The translations under genes and the position numbers were made by a program. Shown in pieces: positions 42,669 to 51,790 of a DNA stretch of 64,000 nt. Position 1 is the first letter of the stretch; the number at the start of each line of letters is the position of its first letter. This DNA comes from an uncultured bacterium (GTDB lineage: Bacteria > Babelota > Babeliae > Babelales > Babelaceae): NCBI GenBank assembly GCA_963824495.1, contig CAWGPQ010000008.1:160001-224000 (forward strand). The letters are read 5' to 3'. Under the pieces are notes generated by a model. It saw nothing but the letters and a program-made list of their open reading frames with translations, was not told where the DNA came from and searched no databases.

Positions 42669-43205
42669 CTAATGCACCCATTTTTTAAACATGCGTATGA
42701 CCGATGGATTTTGAGTGGGCAATGCAGCTAAATCTTTTCCTATCCATCGTAATGCTTTCGATTCACTGCTTGCTACAACCTGCTCATCACTAATAACTTG
42801 CAACAAGAACCGTACATCATAGTGATAATGTGCTTTTTCACGACTATTTGCCGGAATAAGATGTATATCGATATCAAAAATATCGTTATACACAGGGACA
42901 ATTTTGACAATACCAGACTCTTCTTGAGCTTCTTTAATAGCAACACTTAAAACATCTGGATTTCCATCACAATGGCCACCAAGCTAAAACCATGTATCAA
43001 GTTTGGCATGGTGAGTAAGAAGCGCCTTTGATCCATCTTTATTGAGCAACCATGATGATGCAGCTATGTGCCCGATCTCCAAAGATCTTTCAAAACAGCT
43101 CGGGTTTTGCTCTATAAAAGCAATCATTTTGTGCTTAAATATAATCTCTTCTTGTGCTAACGGAGCGTAGTCTTGTAATAATTGTATTAATGCTAATCTT
43201 TTCAA
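42669..43205 (-). pseudogene. NUDIX hydrolase with single in-frame amber stop
   Basis: Reads WF*LGGHCDGNPDVLSVAIKEAQEESGI across TAG at 42986-42984; ends HYHYDVRFL. Confidence 0.88.
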
Positions 43206-43595
43206 CAGGGGCTTTCATGTCAAATAAAAAAAATGTTTTTCAAATAATCATTATATTATAAGTCTCAAAGAAATCGAGATCTACTTATTATATTTTCTCA
43301 TTTTTTGAGTATCTTTGCCTGAGCGTACGCCAAATACTCGCTTATGCCAATAGGCTTTTTTGCCTTCATAGAACCATGCTTGATTATCATTGTTTAAAAA
43401 AATTTCTAGTTGCTTCATGTCAACTTTATAGCGATAAAATAGTGCAATTAATTCTCGTAAATCCTCATCAGGTATCACATTACTTTTTAGGTATAGATAT
43501 AGTTTATAATGACCCCTAGAAATCAGACACGTGTAATTGGAGAAATTGGGGAGTATAATGATGCAAAAAGATCATCACTATTACTGGGGTAAAGC

Positions 43596-43871
43596 ATGGC
43601 AAGAATATACAAGAAACATGGAAGTTCATTTAAGAGTAAGGTAGCTCTAGAGGCCCTAAAAGAAAAGAAAACAGTTGCAGAATTATGCCAAGAGTATAGC
43701 ATTTCAGCAAGTCAAATATTTGCATGGAAAAAGCAGCTGGAGGAAGAGAGCAATAAGATCTTTGAAGATAAGCGAGAAGTAGACCATAAAGCAGAAATAG
43801 ATAGATTGCATCGTGTTATTGGACAATTAACTGCGGAACGTGATTTTTTAGGACATGTGCTCAAACGTTAA
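43596..43871 (+). CDS. IS3 transposase OrfA
   Basis: HTH; T-TTT-TTA slippery site at 43844-43850. Confidence 0.9.
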   Translation: MARIYKKHGSSFKSKVALEALKEKKTVAELCQEYSISASQIFAWKKQLEEESNKIFEDKREVDHKAEIDRLHRVIGQLTAERDFLGHVLKR

Positions 43872-43891
43872 GTAGTGAAAAACGCAAAGAG

Positions 43892-44782
43892 ATGATTGAG
43901 CACGGTAATGAAGCGATAGGTATAAAAAGAAAATGCGAACTTTTGGGTGTTGCGAGAAGCATGATGTATTATCAACCGAGGCCGTTAAAAAGTAACGATG
44001 CGACTATATTGAATGAGGTTAGAAGTATTTATCAAGAAACACCATTTTATGGCTATCGCCGTATTCTTGTTGCTCTGAGGCAAAGAGGCTTCGTTATCAA
44101 TCACAAGAGGTTACAAGGATTGCTCGCTCTTGCAGGCATAAAAGCTGTTTATCCTACAAAGAAAACAACTATACGAGATCGGGGACACAAAGTATACCCC
44201 TATCTTCTACGTGAACTTAGCATTGATCGCCCTAATCAGGTATGGACCGTTGACATCACCTATATAAAGGTACGACTTGGCTTTGTTTATTTAGTGTGCT
44301 TGCTCGATGTCTTTAGCAGAAGAATTATGGGATGGAGCTTATCTACTTTTCTTGATACGCAATCATGTCTTGAAGCACTTGAAAACGCCTTGAAGCATGG
44401 CATACCGGAGATTATTAATAGCGACCAAGGATGCCAGTTTACCAGTACCTCTTGGATCGTACAATTAGAAGGAAACGGTATAAAGGTGAGCATGGATGGC
44501 AAGGGTCGCTGGGCTGATAATGCTCATGTCGAACGATTATGGCGTACTATAAAGTACGAAAACGTTTACCTGCACAGTTTTGATACTGTGGATCAGGCTC
44601 GAGTAGCTTTGCGGAGCTATGTTGATTTTTATAATCAAAAACGACCTCATCAGGCGCTTAACTATCACACGCCAAACCTCATTTTCGCTTTAAGAGTTGT
44701 GCCTACAAGACAACAGTTATTTGCACAATTTAAGTTACAAAACCAGTCTAACCCTTCGGAGGTTAACATGACTCCTAAATAA
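43892..44782 (+). CDS. IS3 transposase OrfB (DDE integrase core)
   Basis: YGYRRI, WTVDITY, NSDQGCQF, DNAHVER; -1 frame relative to OrfA. Confidence 0.93.
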   Translation: MIEHGNEAIGIKRKCELLGVARSMMYYQPRPLKSNDATILNEVRSIYQETPFYGYRRILVALRQRGFVINHKRLQGLLALAGIKAVYPTKKTTIRDRGHKVYPYLLRELSIDRPNQVWTVDITYIKVRLGFVYLVCLLDVFSRRIMGWSLSTFLDTQSCLEALENALKHGIPEIINSDQGCQFTSTSWIVQLEGNGIKVSMDGKGRWADNAHVERLWRTIKYENVYLHSFDTVDQARVALRSYVDFYNQKRPHQALNYHTPNLIFALRVVPTRQQLFAQFKLQNQSNPSEVNMTPK

Positions 44783-44947
44783 ATCTATTTTCGTGTCTTA
44801 ACGCAGGGGGGTCACTATAGTTCGTCATAAAGTGCATCAAACTTAATTATAGAGGGAATTCGTTGTATCCACTCAAAGAACAGATCTTCATCAGTGCTTG
44901 AGTAAAACCAAACAGATTTACATATTAATTTAATACTTCCCTTTATA

Positions 44948-45964
44948 TTATTTTGCTCCACGTTCTCGTCCTCCTGGAACAATATTTTTATGCCTCCCTG
45001 ACTTGTCAACCACATCTCAATGGGGACCTCCATGACCCTTTGGCCCCGAGGGTACCCATAGATTTCCGCTTTTGTCAGGCCAGCCATATTGCCCTGTTCT
45101 CAAATGCCTTTTTTTATCGCCATTCCATTTTTTAGAAACTTCATACCCATCTTTCTCGGTAGGCTTGCCAGGGGCTTGGGCATTATCATTCTTAACCTTC
45201 TTATCATCTTCTTTAGGGTTATTCTCTATTTGATCTACAGTATTGCGATATTTAACGATTTCGTCAGCATTGAAATCAAGATAATATTTTGGTTGCTCTC
45301 GACTGCCTGCAAAGTATTGAATGCTAAGCCCACATAATCCCCCAATAGCTATACCATCTACAATGGTAACGGGCCCAAAAAACGAACCAGCAGCGCCACC
45401 TGCTACCGCCCCTTCACCAAAGGCAATGGCCAAACCAGCAGCTAAAGCTGGTAGTGGCATATTGTGGGTAATAATAGAATGATGCCCTACAAAATAATTA
45501 TGAGATCCTTCGATCTCAAGTGCGTAGACTTTAAGAGGCCTTTTAACAAATCTTATATCAGCAATAGGTATCAACTTTTTATGATCACTTAAAAGAACAT
45601 CTCCCTTTCTAAGTTTATAAGCAGAAATCCATTTCTTGATTTTAGGCATCCAAAACCTTTGTGTTGGTGTACAAATAATCTCATCGACAAAGAACTTGGC
45701 AAGGCCAATCTTAAAATAGCAGTTCGTCACGCTACTACCCGCTGATTTTACGCCCCTTATTACAGCTACATGAGAGTTATAATAGCTCTTCACCCTTGTC
45801 GGCTTTTTAGGAAGCCATTCATGAATTTGTTCTATTGTTTTCCAGTGGCCATTACATCTTACAAGCGTATTTCCACCAAACCCATGACCATACATCAAGG
45901 GATCTGAAAGCACGAAAGTCAACAACAGAGAATATTCCAACCATTTAAATTGCGACATAAGCAC
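44948..45964 (-). pseudogene. Secreted Hint-domain polymorphic toxin with nonsense codon in toxin motif
   Basis: Signal peptide; Hint GFGGNTLV...VYALEIEGSHNYFVG..THN; Gly/Ala hydrophobic segment; GWPD..G..WVP.G..HGGPH*DV; frame stays open 22 more codons to TAA at 44948. Confidence 0.82.
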
Positions 45965-46200
45965 CCCCTATCTCCTTTATATACTTAAAGGAAGGTACTG
46001 CTCAATAATTACTCCTCATAATTTTAAGGATTCGTATTTAAAGGGATTTTTTTCAACATTTTTTGTGTAGATAATGATTACATAAAAATAACGCTGATAA
46101 ATTATTGGCAAATCACCTATCTCTCGTTTATAGTAGCAAGTGAGCTTTGAGCATCTTTTTACCATTTTTACCATGTCTTAATTTTAGGGGAACCACGTGA

Positions 46201-47022
46201 ATGCAGTATCTTGAACACGTATGCACCATGGTTACTAGGTATGTAGACATACTAACGTGGCGTGATTATTGTGAGGTATTTTTTTTCTCAACAGTAATCT
46301 ATTATTTTTCACGATGGCTCAACAAAGAGCACGATAAAGTTCTTCTGCTGCTATTCTATGGATATTGTGTGCTTGTGCTTGTAGCCTACTATGCACAATT
46401 AACTACTATAAGCATGGCTCTTTTTATTGGTGCGCCAGTAACACTTATGCTTATAGGCATTCTTCATCAGGAAAGATTACAAAAAAACTTTATCACCTAT
46501 AAACAGCGTATTATCGGTGCACATGACGAAAAACAGTGGCCACAAGAGCTTATTGCCGCCTGCTTACAAGCGCTTAATAAACAGAGAAGGCTTATTTGTA
46601 TGATTGAGCGCACTGATAGTTTACAAGTATTTTTTACGCAGGCATGTATTATTAATGCTCATGTAAAGAAAGAGCTTATAGCTATGGCGCTTGATGCGTG
46701 TGGTGCTGAAAAGCCACTCGTACTCTGGCTTAATCATCACGGTATCTTGCGAGCATTACAGGTTACGCTGGCCGACCCTGCACAAAATATGCTTATCACT
46801 ACACAAGCTCAAACGCTGCCTTATTGGTATCAGCAAGCTCTTGTCATTACCAGCAAAACTGATTCGCTTATTATAACCACCTGTCCTGAAACAGGTCTTT
46901 TTGATCTTATATTGCAAGAAAGTATTGCAGAATCGTTAACAGCACATCAAACGCTTATATTCTTGCAGCGTTATATTGATCTCAACAATGTGAACAAAAG
47001 GCACACATCACCATGCGCATAA
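46201..47022 (+). CDS. CdaA/DacA-like membrane protein lacking catalytic motifs
   Basis: 3 N-terminal TM helices, LICMIER, ITSKTDS..ETG, position before YbbR-like gene and glmM; no DGA or RHR. Confidence 0.72.
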   Translation: MQYLEHVCTMVTRYVDILTWRDYCEVFFFSTVIYYFSRWLNKEHDKVLLLLFYGYCVLVLVAYYAQLTTISMALFIGAPVTLMLIGILHQERLQKNFITYKQRIIGAHDEKQWPQELIAACLQALNKQRRLICMIERTDSLQVFFTQACIINAHVKKELIAMALDACGAEKPLVLWLNHHGILRALQVTLADPAQNMLITTQAQTLPYWYQQALVITSKTDSLIITTCPETGLFDLILQESIAESLTAHQTLIFLQRYIDLNNVNKRHTSPCA

Positions 47023-47405
47023 GCCTTGCAGGGTTCATAAGCAGTAGTCTTCTTAAAGTAAGCTCTGGTATTCTTGGCTTTTTGTTGTGGTCTCTCATGA
47101 GTGGTTCACGCTATCACGAAGTTACTCTCACGGTACCGATATGCTTGTATAATATGCCTGATCAAGCACTGAATCAAGCACCAGTACTAGAGCCTGAACA
47201 GATTACGGTTACACTGGGCGGCACACGTTCACATCTGCAAGACCTTATGCATGAAGAGCTTGGGCTCCATATCAATTATGCTACACTTACTATAGGGCAA
47301 ACGCTGGTTCAACCAACCCAGCATCAACTTCTATTGCCAGCAGATATTAAACTGGTAAGCTATAAGCCCCTTTATGCAACTATTATTAAACAGGAAGTAT
47401 CGTGA
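47013..47405 (+). CDS. CdaR/YbbR-like single-domain protein
   Basis: LKVSS...LLW anchor, TVPICLYN, PEQITVTLGG; operon position. Confidence 0.62.
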   Translation: MRISLAGFISSSLLKVSSGILGFLLWSLMSGSRYHEVTLTVPICLYNMPDQALNQAPVLEPEQITVTLGGTRSHLQDLMHEELGLHINYATLTIGQTLVQPTQHQLLLPADIKLVSYKPLYATIIKQEVS

Positions 47406-48763
47406 ACATATCAAACATATTTGGCACTGATGGCATTCGAGATCACGTTGGCACAGGTCTGCTCACTCTTGATAAACTTCCCATTCTGGGAAAAGCCCTT
47501 GCTACATGGGCATGTGACAAATATCAACGAGAACCACATGTATTACTTATTCATGATACACGTATATCGTGCTCTTTCATTAAAGCGGCTCTTACGTCAG
47601 GACTCTTACTTTCGCCCATTAAGCTTTATAATGGCGGTATTCTACCAACACCTGCTGGAGCACTAATAGCACATTACACAAAACTTTTTGATTGCGTGCT
47701 TATCATTTCTGCCTCACATAACCCCTGGCATGATAATGGTATTAAGATTATCGATGGCGGAACAGGCAAATTGACGTTTGATGATGAACGTGTGCTAGTT
47801 GAGCGTATAGTACACTATAGCCTAAACGCCCCCTCCAGTAATAATAAGGGTTATCAAACACTCGGACAAGAAGTTATCTGGACGACGGGGGAAGATACGT
47901 ATTGCTCGTTTGTTACCAGCTTATTTTCTTCTCATATGCTTACCGGCAAAAAAATAATTCTTGATACCGCCAATGGGGCAAGCTATCGGGTTGCCCCGCG
48001 AATATTTTCTGTGCTTGGTGCACAAGTTATTACCCTTAATAACATCCCTAATGGGGTTAATATAAATCAAGCCTGTGGCACCCAGTATCTCGATCACCTT
48101 CAACAAGAGGTAATAAAAAATCAAGCAGATATGGGCTTTGCATTCGATGGCGATGGCGATCGTGTTATTGCAGTTAATCATGAGGGTGAAATAAAAAATG
48201 GCGATGATATTTTAGCACTTTTACTTGCTCATCCTGAGTATAGTACAAGCACAAAGATTGTCGGTACTGTTATGAGCAATCAGGCATTTGAGAAGTTTCT
48301 TGAACAACAAGGTAAACAGTTAGTACGAACACCCGTTGGTGATAAATATATTGTTGAGCAGCTCATACAACAACGTTTACTTATAGGTGGTGAGCCATCA
48401 GGTCATATTATACTAAATCCACAAAGACCTATAGGAGACGGCATTATTACTGCCCTTAAGCTTATTGAAACACTTTCATATTCGGATAATTGGTCAATGA
48501 GGACATTTGCTCATTATCCACAAATACTTATTAATGTTCCCGTTAACCATAAGTATGACCTAGAGCACCCATTGCTGGCAGATAGTATACTACAGGCACA
48601 ATCACATCTGACAAATGGCCGTTTGCTTGTACGTTATTCGGGCACAGAGCCTTTATTGCGTATCATGGTAGAAGATATATCTCATCATCATGCCACACAA
48701 GTTGCCCACAATGTAGCTTATACAATCTGTCAAATACTTGAAAAAACATTCGAAAACAGGTGA
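47402..48763 (+). CDS. glmM: Phosphoglucosamine mutase
   Basis: FGTDGIR, ISASHNP, FDGDGDR, VRYSGTEP. Confidence 0.93.
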   Translation: MNISNIFGTDGIRDHVGTGLLTLDKLPILGKALATWACDKYQREPHVLLIHDTRISCSFIKAALTSGLLLSPIKLYNGGILPTPAGALIAHYTKLFDCVLIISASHNPWHDNGIKIIDGGTGKLTFDDERVLVERIVHYSLNAPSSNNKGYQTLGQEVIWTTGEDTYCSFVTSLFSSHMLTGKKIILDTANGASYRVAPRIFSVLGAQVITLNNIPNGVNINQACGTQYLDHLQQEVIKNQADMGFAFDGDGDRVIAVNHEGEIKNGDDILALLLAHPEYSTSTKIVGTVMSNQAFEKFLEQQGKQLVRTPVGDKYIVEQLIQQRLLIGGEPSGHIILNPQRPIGDGIITALKLIETLSYSDNWSMRTFAHYPQILINVPVNHKYDLEHPLLADSILQAQSHLTNGRLLVRYSGTEPLLRIMVEDISHHHATQVAHNVAYTICQILEKTFENR

Positions 48764-48770
48764 AAGCATA

Positions 48771-49430
48771 ATGAGCACTATCACACGGCGACTTACTACT
48801 ATAGTACGAACTTTCGTATACTCTTTACGATCACTATTTCTTACCGGCTTGATTACTCTTTTACCTATTGCACTGACAGCCGGTCTTGCCATTGTTTCCC
48901 TTCGGGCTGTAAAATCATGGCTTGCTCCACTCTATAACTTGGAACCTGATTATCTTAAACGGTTCCCTCACTCAGAAATTATCTTTGCGCTTATTGTTAT
49001 TCTTATACTAGGCGTTATTTTGAGATTTGTTGTAGTTGCGTCTTTAATTCGATGGGCAGAATCTGGACTGAGCAGGGTACCACTTGTACGCCAAATTTAT
49101 TTTGGTATTAAGCAACTTGTTCATGCATTTACTTCTCAGGATACGGCATCGTTTCAAACGGTTATTTTAATAGAATTTCCGCGAAAAGGCATCTATAGCC
49201 TTGGCTTTGCAACACGCAAGCTGCCTCGTGAACTTTCACCGACCGAGGCAGAACACTTTTTGAGTATTTTTATACCCACAACACCCAATCCAACAACTGG
49301 CTACTATATTATTGCACAAGCTGCTGATTGCAAAATTGTCGATTTAACACGACAAGAAGCAATGGCTATTATCATATCTGGCGGAATTATTCAACCCGAA
49401 CGGTTTGAGAAGCAGCATAATTTTCAATAA
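48771..49430 (+). CDS. DUF502-family membrane protein
   Basis: FLTGLITLLP, FIPTTPNPTTG, IISGG; start Met uncertain (track start 48738). Confidence 0.82.
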   Translation: MSTITRRLTTIVRTFVYSLRSLFLTGLITLLPIALTAGLAIVSLRAVKSWLAPLYNLEPDYLKRFPHSEIIFALIVILILGVILRFVVVASLIRWAESGLSRVPLVRQIYFGIKQLVHAFTSQDTASFQTVILIEFPRKGIYSLGFATRKLPRELSPTEAEHFLSIFIPTTPNPTTGYYIIAQAADCKIVDLTRQEAMAIIISGGIIQPERFEKQHNFQ

Positions 49431-49992
49431 AATCTTTTATTTGCCGGGCTGTAGCGATCCATGATTCTAATTCTTCTTTACTTGGCCCACGTAACTCAAA
49501 AAGCACATCTTCTTCTGAGTTATTTTTGGCATTCTCAAGACGTCGCTGCCTTTCTTCAAAAGCATCGATAAAATATTGTGCCCACTCTTGTGCACCCATA
49601 AACGTAACGTCGTTATAATGTACACACCCCTGCGTAGATGCTCCTGTATCAAGCAATATCTTAACGAGCTCTAGAGCTTTAGGACCTTGAGTACTTTGAG
49701 CTATCGCAAAAAATAATGGACCACACTGCATAGTATCATTGGTATAAAGAACACGTACATCAGCACCCTTATTAATAATCACCTGAACCTGATCAGGATC
49801 GGTCTGTTCAATTGCTTCGACAAGTTGCTCTTGAAGTTGATCTTGAAATTGATCTTGAAATTCGGTGGCTAAGACTTCGCCGGAGATCACCGCCACAAGC
49901 ATACTGCCTATAAGCATTACCCCACCCACAAGAATTTTGGAAATAGTTTTGGAAATAATCATGACAACTCCTTCTTTAAAGCAATTCTTCAA
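49387..49992 (-). CDS. Hypothetical secreted protein with degenerate ankyrin repeats
   Basis: Signal-like N-terminus; IINKGADV, PLFFAI, LVKILLDTGA. Confidence 0.55.
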   Translation of the reverse strand: MKNCFKEGVVMIISKTISKILVGGVMLIGSMLVAVISGEVLATEFQDQFQDQLQEQLVEAIEQTDPDQVQVIINKGADVRVLYTNDTMQCGPLFFAIAQSTQGPKALELVKILLDTGASTQGCVHYNDVTFMGAQEWAQYFIDAFEERQRRLENAKNNSEEDVLFELRGPSKEELESWIATARQIKDFIENYAASQTVRVE

Positions 49993-50006
49993 AAAATTGT
50001 TAGCAT

Positions 50007-50960
50007 CTATCGCTTAAAATGCCCAAATAAAAATTTAAAATAAAAAAGATCCAAAGCGCAAGATACTGTACCATTTTTAAGCCGATAATCAAGTGCGTAG
50101 AGAAAATCGTGAGCAACAATAAGCTCGGTACGCGAAACGTGCTGAATATCACTCAGCGAAAATGGTATACGATAGACCATTTTTTTTGCTGCTTCTTTGC
50201 CAACTTTTTCAACACATGAAAGAAACATACACGCTTGCCACAACTGGTCAGACCAATAGTGTATCCAAAATTCCTCGGGGTAATTGCCTTCACACTGTAG
50301 CCACTCTTGCAAAAACAGGTCATAGTGTTTAGCAAAGAATAAGCGACTTAACGTGAAGAGCGATCTTTTCGGAGTAATTATCTTGTTAAGCCATCGATTA
50401 ATAAAATTCTCAGGCCGTCGCCCACCCAAACTCTGATAGCAGAGCATGAGCGATGCTTCGTCAAGCGTCAACGTTTCATGATGCTTAAAGAGAGAAGTAA
50501 TAAATTGAGTGTCTTGACAATAGGTCCCCTGGAAAAAATGGAAAAGCTCTTTATAACCACGTCGATCAAGCCGCTCCGGAAGCTGTATACTCAGTAAGCT
50601 TGCAGAAGAAATAGGTGCATCAAGAAAAAAGCTGAGCGCGTGTGGCCCTGTATAGTCTTTCACATAAGCAATAAGTTGGGTACGTTGCGCTTCATCAAGT
50701 ATGCTTAAATTTTTAAGCCAATAGAGGACATTGACACCGAGAAAGCTCGTTTGGCAATGAGCATAAATGGAGCCAAGCTCATACTGCGTAACGTCAAGTA
50801 CTATAACCTGCTCATGACGTACTACTTGTAAACGTGTAAAAAAGCGAGAGAAAAAGAGAAGAGGATACGTAGTTCCTGTAAAGGACCAAACAGATGGCAC
50901 GACAGATGACACATGGGCTTTTGAATCTTGTATATGACGCAAAAAGTCTAGTAATTCCAT
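50007..50960 (-). CDS. Divergent DNA polymerase III delta subunit-like protein
   Basis: Size, TSFLG, SLFTL, and C-terminal LYALDYRLKNG pattern resemble HolA; weak. Confidence 0.5.
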   Translation of the reverse strand: MELLDFLRHIQDSKAHVSSVVPSVWSFTGTTYPLLFFSRFFTRLQVVRHEQVIVLDVTQYELGSIYAHCQTSFLGVNVLYWLKNLSILDEAQRTQLIAYVKDYTGPHALSFFLDAPISSASLLSIQLPERLDRRGYKELFHFFQGTYCQDTQFITSLFKHHETLTLDEASLMLCYQSLGGRRPENFINRWLNKIITPKRSLFTLSRLFFAKHYDLFLQEWLQCEGNYPEEFWIHYWSDQLWQACMFLSCVEKVGKEAAKKMVYRIPFSLSDIQHVSRTELIVAHDFLYALDYRLKNGTVSCALDLFYFKFLFGHFKR

Positions 50961-50972
50961 TAAGTGTTTATA

Positions 50973-51779
50973 TCAGGGCTCATAGGCAGGAAAAATAAGA
51001 GACTGATTGCGCAATAATCGTGTACGATCTTTTGTAAATATATAGGGGTGTTTATCAAAAAACGCAAAGAGCTCCCCGGATCCTTGAATAGCTAATAAGC
51101 GCAAATGTTCATAATCAGCCCAGTCAAGAGGTGCTCGTTCAGCTGATCCTTGAATCTCAACCACTTTACCTGATCTAGTCATAACAAAATTAAAATCTAC
51201 ATCAATGGTGCTATCTTCAGCAAAGTCCATATCAAGCAAGGGTCCATGCTCACCTAAGCCTACTGATACACCTGCAAGCTCGTCAGTAAGCAGAGGCCGT
51301 GGTAAAATTGATAGAGCCGTCCAGCGCTCTTGAGCTGCCTTGAGCGCAAGATATGCCCCTGTTATACAAGCAGTTCGTGTGCCACCATCTGCTTGTAGCA
51401 CATCGCAATCAATGAAAATTGTCTGCTCACCCAACATCGTAAGATCAGTTACCGCACGAAGTGCTCGACCTATTAACCGTGAAATTTCAATAGTTCTACC
51501 ACTTCTTTTGTTTGCAGTTATTTCTCTAACGGTGCGTATGGGTGTAGAAACGGGCAGTAACGCATATTCTGCAGTCAACCATCCGCTCTTTTTACCCTTA
51601 AGGAAATGAGGGATACCATTCTGAAGTGTTACTGCACATAAAACTTTGGTATTGCCTATCTGAAAAAGAGTAGAGCCGGCGGCATACGAAAATATATCAT
51701 ATGTTACGCTTAAGGGACGGAGCCGGTTATATAACCGATCACTTGAGCGTACACATGCTGAAGCCATAACATTCTGCAT
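50973..51779 (-). CDS. rph: Ribonuclease PH
   Basis: GWLTAEY, GRTIEISRLIGR, DCDVLQADGGTRTA. Confidence 0.96.
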   Translation of the reverse strand: MQNVMASACVRSSDRLYNRLRPLSVTYDIFSYAAGSTLFQIGNTKVLCAVTLQNGIPHFLKGKKSGWLTAEYALLPVSTPIRTVREITANKRSGRTIEISRLIGRALRAVTDLTMLGEQTIFIDCDVLQADGGTRTACITGAYLALKAAQERWTALSILPRPLLTDELAGVSVGLGEHGPLLDMDFAEDSTIDVDFNFVMTRSGKVVEIQGSAERAPLDWADYEHLRLLAIQGSGELFAFFDKHPYIFTKDRTRLLRNQSLIFPAYEP

Positions 51780-51790
51780 TATAATTACTC

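Larger units (their letters stand above)
43505..44819 (+). mobile_element. IS3-family insertion sequence, copy 2 (intact, 1315 bp)
   Basis: Same IRs as copy 1; 3-bp target duplication GTT (43502-04/44820-22). Confidence 0.95.
43281..44961 (-). pseudogene. Putative immunity protein split by IS3 copy 2
   Basis: GTG at 44961 with AGGAGG RBS, overlapping the toxin end; IS removal gives continuous FDALYDEL-YLYLKSNVIPDEDLRELIALFYRYK. Confidence 0.8.

Noticed and set aside
42984..45019. Stop-codon reassignment (TGA=Trp in toxin, TAG=Gln in NUDIX)
   Set aside because: Long conserved genes (rpoB, rpoC, pnp) have no internal TGA/TAG, and both codons end intact genes (pepP and rph TGA; hflX TAG); point nonsense mutations fit better
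44815..45087. 90-aa ORF as called in the track
   Set aside because: First 42 codons overlap the toxin; the real start is probably GTG 44961 and the stop comes from the IS end
50007..51779. Readthrough fusion of rph into the holA-like gene (same frame, 12 nt apart)
   Set aside because: One-in-three chance frame coincidence; both proteins are full size alone
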